The position numbers and the translations under genes were made by a program. 64,000 bases of DNA, from the NCBI RefSeq assembly GCF_006345805.1, contig NC_043001.1:38564001-38628000 (forward strand). Direction: 5' to 3'. Origin of the DNA: Octopus sinensis (lineage: Eukaryota). The notes under the pieces were generated by a model. That model worked only from the letters and a program-made list of their open reading frames with translations, did not search any database and was not told where the DNA came from. How positions within the stretch are numbered: position 1 is the first letter of the stretch; every line of letters starts with the position of its first letter. Positions 36,683 through 47,884 of this stretch are shown here, piece by piece.

Positions 36683-37614
36683 GAATAGTAAAATCAGAAA
36701 TGAGTACATGATGTAAGTACTCAACAGCAAAAATGATAACATCATACAATTAGGCAAATAACTCCTGAATAGGTACACTGGGTATACTACTGTTACATGT
36801 GAACCAAAGAACTTATACCAGCAAAGCGTTATGAATGGGTACATATATCACAAGCTAGAGAATACCAGCAGTTTTAATAGACCTTCAATAGATACATCAC
36901 AGCTCACATAGGTTATGCCTTTTCTGTCCAAAAATGGAAGAAGGCTGCTAAATATTTGATCAACAAGAAAGATAAGTATACCTTTAAACCTTCATGATGG
37001 AAAATGTCAATTGTACTATACCAGCTTGCAAGATATCACCCATCCTATCAGGTGCTGTTCAAAAATGTTCACAAGACACTACCTACTGATGATACACACA
37101 TTCTACACAGTAAACATTGTAAACATATACAATGTTATCTGCAGGAAAGATTATCCTGATGGCCATACTAAAGGCACACTAGAACCATAATTTCTCCACA
37201 TATTTAAAAATAAAGAATACTTATGGCACATTCCAATAAAACTATCAATCCAGTGTAAATACAATGGGCCAACTATTGTTTAATGAGACACAGAGTAAAA
37301 GTCATGCACTGTTATAGTGAGTAGCTGTTTGGCAAATGTGAAAGTTTCATTAAAAAGTGAAGAAAAGAATGACACCTATGAAAAACTAATGAGAATCTTT
37401 CAGCTCTTGTATCATGACCATAGGTTTTCCTTGTATCTATTAACATAGATGCACTGTGCTTTGTCACAACAGATTTATATAAATGCTTAAAATTCCTTGT
37501 ATTCTCCAAGTAAGAATGAAACAAACTATTTCACATTCTCCAAATAAAACCACATTACTGGTATAGTGAAGATATGTAAACCATTCTGAGAATTCTCTAT
37601 TCAAGATTTCTAAC

Positions 37615-37832
37615 ATGCATGCACGCACACACACATGCACGCACGCACACACACATGCATGCATGCACACATGTATGCACGCACACATGCATGCATGCAC
37701 ACATGCATGCATTCACACACATGCATGCATGCATTCACACACATGCATGCATTCACATACATGCATGCATTCACATACATGCATGCATTCACATACATGC
37801 ATGCATGTGTGCATGCATGCACGCACGCATGC
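37615..37832. repeat. (CATG)/(CA)-rich microsatellite with an 18-bp higher-order unit
   Basis: ACATGCATGCATTCACA(C/T) repeated about 5 times within alternating purine/pyrimidine sequence. Confidence 0.9.
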
Positions 37833-38094
37833 ACAGAAAGTAATAAAGTTCACAACTTTCTATTCTAAAGTAGCGTGCACACTCATTACATAAGTGTAAG
37901 TTTATACGACATGCACACACATACATATGCACTGCCAAGAGCTGTCCTGACTTAAGCAAAAGAGTCTTGCAACATTTTATTTTCCCAGGTAATGTCACCA
38001 ACTATACTAGTATGAATTATGGAGTTGTGTTCTTTTTTCAAGATGTTTAGCTATACTTGGATTCAGGTTGGTACATATCCTTTTACTCCAATAA

Positions 38095-38300
38095 TCTATA
38101 TATATAAAATCCTTTGTCTCTCTGTTCCCAATGCATTCTCAAATGGCTCAACCAAATCAAATCAAATTTTACATGGTAATACTATCAGACCGCGTGATTG
38201 TCAACACATAATTATTTTGGGTTAAAACAATGCAACATTGGCACTGGTCCCATATTATGTGTCAAAACTCGAAGAACAAAAGTGAAAGAATAACATCTAT
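38095..38300 (+). mobile_element. Possible Helitron 5' end
   Basis: A/TCTATATATATAAAATCC start typical of non-autonomous Helitrons. No matching 3' hairpin-CTAG found. Confidence 0.4.
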
Positions 38301-38319
38301 ATTGGAATGTGATATATTG

Positions 38320-38995
38320 CTTTACTTTTCACGACGATGATGACATCACATTTTGTATATGACTGTGAATGTATGCGAGTGAGTGTATGAGTATGTATAT
38401 GTCTCACAATGTGTGTGTCTTTCCGCATTAGGTATGTTATTAAACATACTATATGTTTGACTTTCATACGTTTACTTTTAATTCTAACCATGATGACGAC
38501 ATGTGAGTGTATAAGTGTGTATACATCTCAGTGTGTGTGGCTTTTTGCGTTAGGTATGTTATTAAACATACTATATATATATGAGGGCTGGTTAATGATG
38601 ATGATAATGTCACAGTTTGTATATGACTGTGTATCTGTCTGTGACTGTATGTGTGTGAGTGTATGAGTGTTTATATGTCTCACAGTGTGTGTGCTTTCCA
38701 TGTTAGGTACATTATTAAACATACTATGTTTTCACTTTCATACTTTTACTTTTAATTCTAATCAAGATGACGATGATGATGCCCACGTCACATTTTGTAT
38801 ATGACTGTGTATCTGTCTGTGAATGTATGTGTGTGAGAGTATGAGTGTGTATATGTCTCACAGCGTGTGTGTCTTTCGATGTTAGGTACATTATTAAACA
38901 TACTATATGTATGTGAGGGCTGGTCAGTGTCAGTACGAATTTTATTTTCCTTTCGATTAAAACAATACAGCATTTCATAGAGATAATCTTTCTGT
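38320..38995 (-). repeat. Tandem array of 150-200-bp units related to the 3' UTR of the REL LINE at 39570
   Basis: Units containing TTTTGTATATGACTG ... TTAGGTA(C/T)(A/G)TTATTAAACATAC repeat about 4 times. Confidence 0.7.
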
Positions 38996-38999
38996 TACA

Positions 39000-39150
39000 G
39001 GTCTATGTTTAAGAGATGAGGAATTATGTATATTATTTACATTATTTACATTGTTGTTAACACAACGTTTCAGCTGATATACCCTCCAGCCTTCATCAGG
39101 TGTCTTGGGAAATTTCAAACCTGGGTTCTCATTCCTAAGGTATTTTTCGA

Positions 39151-39186
<36 letters not shown>

Positions 39187-39260
39187 TCAGGTCACTGTCT
39201 GGAATCGAACTCGGAATCTTGGGGTTGGTAGCCCACGCTCTTAACCACTACGCCATATGT
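39000..39260 (-). mobile_element. tRNA-headed SINE-like element with a hammerhead-ribozyme tail, copy 1
   Basis: A box TGGCGTAGTGG, B box GAGTTCGATTCC, then (TAA)n, a body with the HHR core, and tail CATAATTCCTCATCTCTTAAA. Confidence 0.85.
39059..39104 (-). ncRNA. Minimal type I hammerhead ribozyme motif
   Basis: GACAC-CUGAUGA-A-GGCUG-GAGGGUAUAU-CAGCU-GAAA-CGUU-GUGUU. Stem I GACAC/GUGUU; stem II GGCUG/CAGCU; palindromic ACGU stem III; GUU cleavage triplet. Confidence 0.7.
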
Positions 39261-39313
39261 TTACAAAGATGTACTTGCATAGCAAATGACTTGATCTGAG
39301 ATTGTGTGCTTGG

Positions 39314-39315
<2 letters not shown>

Positions 39316-39351
<36 letters not shown>

Positions 39352-39568
39352 GAGGCACACGCATATATACAACCTTTGATGGGGTAACAGTTATATATAC
39401 AACTTGAACAGACACATATCAGTACATAAGCATACATTTGCATGTCCATACACATACACACACATGCAGACATGTCTACACACATATGTAAATGCTCACA
39501 TACATACATACATACATACATACATACATACATACATACATACATACATACGTACATACATACATACA
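39316..39568. repeat. (CA)n and (CATA)n microsatellites
   Basis: Direct simple repeats. Confidence 0.9.
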
Positions 39569-39569
39569 C

Positions 39570-40440
39570 ACATTATCATGGACCAATAGCTGGATTACTA
39601 CATCCCACTTTGAAGAGTATGTGTTTGTAATCCAGGAACAGGAAATATCAACATATGAACCTGATGCACAAAAGGGATAGAGGTGCAGGAAAAGATGTAA
39701 AATGTGACCACCGATGTAGATTTTGTGTGAAGATATCACCCACATCATAAGCAGCTGTCTGAAAATATCATTATGGTATTACCTACAGATGAACATGACA
39801 TTGTAGCCAGGACACTCTATAATGAAATCCGTTGGAAGGATAATCCCAAGGACAAAGAAATAAAAACCCACAATATGGTAGAAGCCATAACCACACATAA
39901 TAAAAAGGAAAACTGGTGGAATATACCAGTAAAGACCTCAATAAAATGTAAGCACAGCAGGCCTAATATAATGATTTGGGATAGAGAAGAGAAACTGTGC
40001 ACAGTTGTGGAAATTAGCTGCCCAGCAGATGTTAACACCTATGCTGAACTATTGAGAAATTTGCAGTTACTCTATCTGGATTACAAGTTCGGGTTTATAT
40101 CTGTAATTATTGGGGCCCTGGAATATGTAACACACTGCCTAAATACCAATCTTGAGAAATTATGCTTCTCAAAACCAGGAAGGAGAAAGCTAATTCGAAG
40201 ACTACAGATCCAATCCATCACTGGAACTGTGAAAATCTGTAAAACTTTCCAGAAGTTTATCATTTAAATATATACAAGCATATCTAGATATGTAACTATA
40301 TGCATGAGAATACATAAAACATACAAATCTGCACATACACATACACTCATAGACATATACATAGTCATATACAAAATGTGATATCATTGTCATTGTGGTA
40401 TAAAATGTCCTGTTGACAATAAAAATAATGCAGCATGGAA
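39570..40440 (+). mobile_element. REL-type (R4/Dong-like) LINE 3' fragment with CCHC finger, endonuclease and 3' UTR
   Basis: CDHRCRFC..EDITHIISSC, then NWWNIPVKTSIKCKHSRPNIMIWD...VVEISCPAD...IIGALEYV (ORF 39773-40267). Confidence 0.85.
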
Positions 40441-40504
40441 ATGATTGTAAGCCATTCAAGAACACAAAAACCATTGGTTTCAATTCAACATTTGAATTTC
40501 ATAA

Positions 40505-41450
40505 GAGAGGCAGTGTGTTAAGTAGCTTGCTTACCAACCACATGGTTCCGGGTTCAGTTCTACTGCATAGCATCTTGAGCAAGTGTCTTCTGCTATAGCC
40601 TTGGGTCAACCAAGCCTTGTTAGTGGATTTGGTAGATGGAAGCTGAAAGAAGCCTGTTGTATATCATCATCATCATCATCATCGTTTAATGTCTGCTTTC
40701 CATGCTAGCATGGGTTGGCTGATTTGACCGAGGGCTGGCGAACTAGATGGCTGCACCAGGCCCCAATCTTGATCTAGCAGAGTTTCTACAGCTGGATGCC
40801 CTTCCTAATGCCAACCACTCCGAGAGTGTAGTGGGTGCTTTTACATGTCACTGGCATGGGGGCCAGTCAGGCGGTACTGGCAATGACCTCGCTCGAATCT
40901 TTTTACACATGTCACTGGCACTGGTGCCAGTAAGGCGATGCTGGTAACGATCACGCTTGAATGGTACCTTTCACGTGCCACTGGCACGGAAGCCAGTTAG
41001 TCGCTCTGGCAACGATCACACTCGGATGGTGCTCTTAGCACCCTACTAGCACGGGGCTCAAGTGCCAGTAAGGCGACGCTGATAATGATCACGCTCAAAT
41101 GGTGCCTTTTATGTGCCACTGGTACAGAAGCCAGTTAGCCAATCTGTCAATGATCACACTCGTATGGTGCTCTTTGCACCTCGCTAGCACGGATGCCAAT
41201 AATTGAATTTGATTTATACATAAATATATATATATATATGCCTGTGTGTATGTGTATATGTTTGTGTGTCTGCATTTGTCCCCTCCATTGCTTGACAACT
41301 GATGATGGTGTGTTTACATCCTCTGTAACTTAGCAGTTTGACAAAAGAGACTGATAGAATAATTACAAGTCCTGGGGTCGATATGTTTGACTAAATGTGG
41401 TGCTCCAGCAGGGCCTCAGTCAAATGATTGAAACAAATAAAAGAATACAT
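40505..41450. mobile_element. tRNA-SINE (plus strand) split by an RTE-tail-type SINE (minus strand, about 40665-41210, with internal tandem repeats)
   Basis: SINE head 40505-40660 and tail about 41260-41450. The insert carries a (CAT)n tail and GGATGCCCTTCCTAATGCCAACC motif. Confidence 0.7.
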
Positions 41451-41659
41451 ACATACACACATACATAAGCACACACATATATCATGAACTAACTGTTACT
41501 TTCACAGATGCAACGCGAAGTTTTATCTGTGAACAGGCCACGGTTTCAAAGCAATGAAAATATTTTGACACCAATGAAATTTAAATGTTTTAATTGAAAC
41601 TAAAGGTTTTTGTGAGTTCTTGAATGGCTTACAAACATCTTCTACACTGCAATATTTTT

Positions 41660-42560
41660 ATTGTCAATGACGAAAACATCATATTTTGTATATGACTGAG
41701 TATCTGTCTGTGAGTGTAAGTGTATGAGTGTGTATATGTCTCATAGTGTGTGTGTGCGTGTATGTCTTTCTGCGTTAGGTATATTATTAAGCATACACAT
41801 CTATACATACATATACATACGTGATGACTGATGACGACCAAGACGTCACATTTTGCATATGACATTATATCTGTCTGTGAATGTGTGTGAATGGGTGTGT
41901 ATATGTCTCACAGTGTGTGTCTTTCTGCGTAAGGTACATTATTAAACATACTATATGTATGTGAAGGCTGGTCAGTGTCAGTACAAAATTTTATTTTCCT
42001 TTTGATTAAAACAATACAGCATTTCATAGAGATAATCTTTCTGTTACAGTTCTATATTTAAGAGATGAGGAATTATGTACATAATTGTGTCAATACGAAA
42101 TTTTATTTTCATTTCAATTAAAACAATGTAACATTTCATAGAGATAATTATTTCTATTGTCAACAGGACATTTTATACCATGACGATAACGACATAACAT
42201 TTTGTAAATGACTGTTAGCGTATAAGTGTGTATATGTCTCATTGTATGTGTGCATCTTTCGACGTTAGGTACATTATTAAACACACACACATTTATACAT
42301 ACATATACATGTGTAATGACTGACATGCATGAATGTATGTCTCTGTGTTGCTATCTTAGTGTATGTATGTGATTGTATGTCAGGAATATTTTATACCACA
42401 ACGACGACGATAACATCATATTTTGTATACGAGTGTATGTCTGTCTGTGAGTGTATGAGTGTGTATGTATCTGGGAGTGTATGTGTTTCCACGTTACATA
42501 TTTTATTAAACACAAACACATCTACACATACATATACATATGTGACAACTGACATGCCTG
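41660..42560 (-). repeat. Second array of LINE-3'UTR-derived units
   Basis: Same units as 38320-38995. About 41845-42080 closely duplicates about 38790-39030. Confidence 0.7.
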
Positions 42561-42743
42561 AATGCATGTATGTGAGTTCTAGAGGTGAAACTCTTGAAAA
42601 AAAATGTGGTGGCAAGTTCCAAGGTATATATAAAAATACGCATTTACTGTTCCATTTCCAGTTAATAATTATTGCAGTAGTTGCAAGATTGCAAGGTATT
42701 TACAATTACATATTTACCTTTACATTAAGAAATTCATCCTATA

Positions 42744-43765
42744 TCTATATATATAAAACTGTAGTTGTGTGAGTGTCTGTCCCCTTCGATTTAGATTCCT
42801 AACTACTCCCACATTTTGCGGTGCAGTTTAACCAAATTTGGGTATCTTATAGTCGTGATTCATATCGAGCCCGTCTGGCTATTAGCGCGCGTCTACGATG
42901 AGTCTACGATTTTAAAAATAACTAGCAGTATCGCCCGGCGTTGCTCGGGTTTGTAAGGGAAATAACTATATAAGCATTTTTAGAGAGTTACTTCCCTTAT
43001 AGATGCCAATTCGGGCTTTCTTAGCCATTTCTGTTTTGGTGTCTTCAAGTCATGAAGTCGTTGTTCTAAAAGAACGCTGGTCTCCTTGACAACGCTTTAC
43101 GACGTTGATTTCCTTACACTCCCTTCCCCACAGCTTCACGAGGGAGGGAAGAAGGGGGAGAAGCAAACAGGTGCAGGTGTGACCGTGGACGCCAACTCCG
43201 CCGCCATCGACACACGAAAAATTATGCATTAAAATGGAATAAAAAATGATGTTAAATTATTTTTAAAATCGTAGACTCATCGTAGACGCGCGCTAATAGC
43301 CAGACGGGCTCGATATGAATCACGACTATAAGATACCCGAATTTGGTTAAACTGCACCGCAAAATGTGGGAGTAGTTAGGAATCTAAATCGAAGGGGACA
43401 GACACTCACACAACTACAGTTTTATATATATAGATTTAACATAATTTTTTATTCCATTTTAATGCATAATTTTTCGTGTGTCGATGGCGGAGTTGGCGTC
43501 CATGGTCACACCTGCACCTGTTTGCTTCTCCCCCTTCTTCCCTCCCTCGTGAAGCTGTGGGGAAGGGAGTGTAAGGAAATCAAAGTCGTAAAGCATTGTC
43601 AAGGAGACCAGCGTTCTTTTAGAACAACGACTTCATGGCTTGAAGACACCAAAACAGAAATGGCTAAGAAAGCCCGAATTGGCATCTATAAGGGAAGTAA
43701 CTCTCTAAAAATGCTTATATAGTTATTTCCCTTCAAACCCGAGCAACGCCGGGCGATACTGCTAG
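42744..43765 (+). mobile_element. Non-autonomous Helitron (outer copy: 42744-42921 and 43435-43765)
   Basis: 5' TCTATATATATAAAAC; 3' hairpin CCCGAGCAACGCCGGG then CTAG. Inserted between A and T. Confidence 0.92.
42922..43434 (-). mobile_element. Same-family Helitron inserted in the opposite orientation inside the outer copy
   Basis: Complete 513-bp minus-strand copy from TC to hairpin-CTAG, at an A/T junction (42921/43435). Confidence 0.92.
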
Positions 43766-45446
43766 TATATATATATAATTCTTTGTCTCTCTCTGTAATA
43801 ATTTTTGTGGCATTTACTGTTGAATTAGTAATTCCACACATGTGCTTCTATTTCATTAATTTACACTGCATACAAAAATACAGACATACTATATATATGC
43901 TGGGTATCTCAGCTAGTAATATTGAAAATATATTTTGATTATTTGATTTGCAAACTACTCATGTGTGGTCCATAGTTATCTTCCTTCTCTTAAGCACATA
44001 GATTTTATTGAAATAGGTATCTGGTATGCACAATAAAGAATATTTTTATTTTGTAATACTAAACAAAGAGAACATGTTGGTTGTATTTTAATTTTGTTGC
44101 TGTTTTTTCTCTTCTACATTGTTCTGGTGAGCACATATCATAAAAGAAAATATCTCAAATTTTTCACAGTTAATAAGAACGTGTAACTCTTTCATTTTAG
44201 AGTCGCATTGCCCTACATCTATTGTCAACTGTTCTTTTGTTTGCATAGTAGTGACTTGACTTGATAGAGATTTCTTACATCTAGTACTCTTCACAGTATG
44301 TTATAAACTTGTTGGTACTCCTTGCAAGTTTTTGAATGTGAATTATTTGATCTGTAGTATGAGTTGTTCATTCAAGTACATATGTACAATCTTCTCAGTG
44401 AATTGGTGTAATTTTTGGCTTAGTTGTATGAAATAGTATTTTTCTAAGTTCCATATAGACAAATTTATTTCAACTTTTATTTCCTGTCTCTTTTCCAAGT
44501 AGCCCAGAAAACAAGTAAGAGCAAGAGATCTGGCTTCACAATGAAGTGATGTTGTTTAGGAATTTCCTTCTCCTAGAGAGACATCTAAACAAAGACTAGA
44601 GAGTCTCTCTCTGTTTGATGGTGATTGGTTTCATTGAGTTCAATTGCCCCTTGGCAGGTTTTGTTTTTCATCTTGCAGGATGTCCAACAAAATCTACCCT
44701 CTTTACCAAGCAGGTTTCATAGGGTTGCCAGTTTAGTGTCCAACAGCCCAGCCACGTGACAGATTGTACTGAATTACATGTTACCAATGCAAACTGTTGC
44801 TTGCATGCACACATGCACATATGTATGTATTTGCTTCCTCTCCTCCTTGCCGGAATTGAGAATAATTTGCTGAAATACTTAGGCACTTGCTTAAGGACCT
44901 TCCAGATGCATATTTATATGTTTGGTTGTAATGCACAAACCTGTGTATACTACACAATCATTAATCTATTGAAATCTTTTAGCACTTTTCTGTCAGCTGT
45001 TTTTAAGTTTCTGTATAAATTATTGCAATCCCTTTCTTCCATCTCTATGCATTTTGTTGCTTTGGCATCAACTGCCTTACTCCTGCAATTTCACTTTACT
45101 CTTCTCTGATCGTTTGCCTTTCTCATACTTTCTTCAAACCTCTCTGCTTAATGCTAACCTGTAACTAAGGGAAAATAGCTCAAGGAAAGTGTTAGCATAA
45201 TAAATACCAAAATAAGATCTCATAGATTAACAAAGCAAATTTAATTTTTGATTGACTGAGATTAACCCAGTGACAGTGGACAAAATCTTGATTTTGAGGG
45301 ATGTTTCAAATCTAAAAACAGCAACCAAGCAATAATGCTAATAAAATTGGTTGATGTAAGTTTTAGGTAATATATACAATGCAGATTGATTTTTAGGGAC
45401 GACTATTGAAAGCAATGGCAGTGGTGGATGTAGCAGTATTGCCCTA

Positions 45447-45460
45447 GTTGCCAGGGCAAC
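45447..45460. promoter_or_regulatory. RFX X-box-like palindrome
   Basis: GTTGCCAGGGCAAC, one mismatch from GTTGCCATGGCAAC. No linked transcription start is evident. Confidence 0.25.
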
Positions 45461-45639
45461 ACCCTTTCTAGCTGAGCCCACCTCAAAAAAATTGGGAACA
45501 AGGTTTTTATAATAACATTGTTATTTTATTTCCATCAGTTTCACAGTATTACTGCTTCATACGCATATGGTCTGCTACAACAAAGTTAGAATACATAAAA
45601 ACGTGTCCATTTGTAACGAATTGCAATTCCCACCTACAT

Positions 45640-46990
45640 CATCATCATCGTTTAACATCTGCTTTCCATGCCAGTATGAGTTGGGCAGTTTGACTGAGGA
45701 TTAGCAAGCCAGAAGGCTGCACCAGGCTCCAATCTGATCTGGAAAGATTTCTACAGCTACATGCCCTTCCTAATACCAACCACTCTGAGAATGTAGTGGG
45801 TGCTTTTTATGTGCCACTGGTATAGGAGCCAGTCAGGTGACACTGGCATTGACCACACTCAAATGGTGCTTTTTACATGCCATCAGCATGGGTGCTAGTC
45901 AAGCAGTACTGGCATTGGCCATGACTACAATTTTGCTTGACTCAACAAGTCTTCTCAAGCACAGCATATTGCCCGAGGCTTGAAGGGTACTTTTAAATGG
46001 CCTGGTTATGCGACACTGGCATCGGCCATGGCTACAATCTCACTTGACTCGCTGGGTTTTCTCAATCACAATGTATCTCCAAAGGTTTTGGTCACTTGTC
46101 ATTGCTTCTGTGAGGCCCATGTTAGAAGGTTGTACTTCACCACCTCATTCTATGTCTTCCTGGGTCTACTTCTTCCACAGGTTCCTTCCAAAGTTAGGGA
46201 GTAGCACTTCCTCACACAGTCGTCCTCATCCATACATAACACATGGCCATACCAGTGCAGTCATCTCTCTTACACACCATATCTAATGCTTCTTATGTCC
46301 AACTTTTTTCTTGGGGTGCTTACACTGTCATATATGCACATCCAGCAGAGCATAATAGCTTCATTTCTTTCAAGCCTACGCATGTCCTCAGCAATCACAG
46401 GCCATGTTTCACTGCCATGTAGCATGGCTGTTCAAATACATGGATCATACAATCTACCTTTCACTCTGAGCAAGAGGCCCTTTGTCACCAGCAGAGGTAG
46501 GAGCTCCCTGAACTTTGCCCAGGCTATTAGTATTCTAGTAGCTACACTCTCAGAGCATGCACTTCCGCTATTGACTTGGTCATCTGGGTAACAGAAGCTA
46601 TCAACTACTTCTAGTTTTTCCCCTTGGCATGTAATAGAATCTGTTTTCTGTACATCTTTGGTGTTTATTACCCCTGTGCATCTGCCATACATGAAAACTC
46701 TCTTCCCACTTAGCCTTCCCTTGATATTGCTGTACCCCTTATGTCCATAGCTTACATTAGGTACATCATATGTTGTTTCTACCTACATCTTTTCTACAAC
46801 TTGAGCAGGACCATCTGAAGGGATTTGTGACTTGCTGCCCTCTTACTAAGAGTTTGGTTTTTGCTAGGTTGACTCTGAAACTTCTCCAGTTCTGGTAGTG
46901 CCTCAGCTATTAGAGCAAGGTCATCAGCATAGAGGAGCACCCAAGGGCATCCTGTCTTGAATTCCTGTTATTGCATATTCTACTCAGTTG
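45640..46990 (-). mobile_element. RTE-type LINE 3' fragment
   Basis: GCP...LLYADDLALIA-like RT motif at about 46910-46960; EKLEVVDSFCY...AWAKFRELLPLL...RVKGRLYD; (CAT)n tail at about 45640. Confidence 0.85.
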
Positions 46991-47553
46991 CCAAGACTAA
47001 GAGTGATCAATTCACTATGTTATTTATGTGAGACCCTAGTATATTTGCATTTAGTATTTTTAATGCTTCCTTGATATCTTAACTCAGTCATATTGTTAAT
47101 ATAGATAATCAGTATCATTGTATTCCTTCTGTTTCTATATACATTGATCTATCTTATTCTTACCAGATGAGAATATATTCTGCTTATATTGTTGTACTCT
47201 GCTTTCAAAAGAGCTAAAACAAATTTACAAATACATTATTATGGGTTATAATTCCAAATTTATGTATATATAAATGTGACAGAAGGAAATTTCAATATAC
47301 TGATCTCAGTAAAGTAAATGAAATAATGTAAGGCCTTTAACTGCTGATGAGCTTTCCTGGTGACAGTCACCCACCTTCATCCAACATACATAACTAAAAT
47401 ACAAACCAAAAAACTAGCTTTCCTCTTTAGGGTAAGAAAATGCTTCCTTCAGCTCTGTTCGGTTGCTGGCCCTCTAAAGTGTTCAAGTAAGATATCCACA
47501 ATAGATTATTGCTCCCACATTTAGGATAATACTATTGCATACATGCACCTCAC

Positions 47554-47727
47554 CTACACATCCTACTTCACATCCATAAAGAAGGTCATTCAAGTGATTG
47601 GCAGAAACTTTCTCACCAATCCATTTTCCAAACTCTGGATCATAAATGTGCTCCCTGTAGTAGCAGTTTTTGCCTTTTCGGTAGCTACTATAAGTCAGCT
47701 TCTCTGAACTAGGAATTTGCATATCAC
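47554..47727 (-). CDS. Candidate 174-nt symmetric (phase 1-1) exon, unidentified protein
   Basis: Open frame DMQIPSSEKLTYSSYRKGKNCYYREHIYDPEFGKWIGEKVSANHLNDLLYGCEVGCV, bounded by ...CTGAAG and GTGAGG. No family recognised. Confidence 0.3.
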
Positions 47728-47884
47728 CTTCAGTAATGCAAGTAACTGTCTCTATTCATGTCGTCAACTTATAGCTGTTTGAGCTGAATATAAACTCATC
47801 AATGTCACAAGTTGCAGAGCCATGAGTATGCTTTTTCCTCTCTAACACATAAAAAGCAGTCATCATATGACAATTTGTTAATTA

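Noticed and set aside
47341-47380. Hammerhead at CTGATGAG
   Set aside because: No downstream GAAA closing a stem II.
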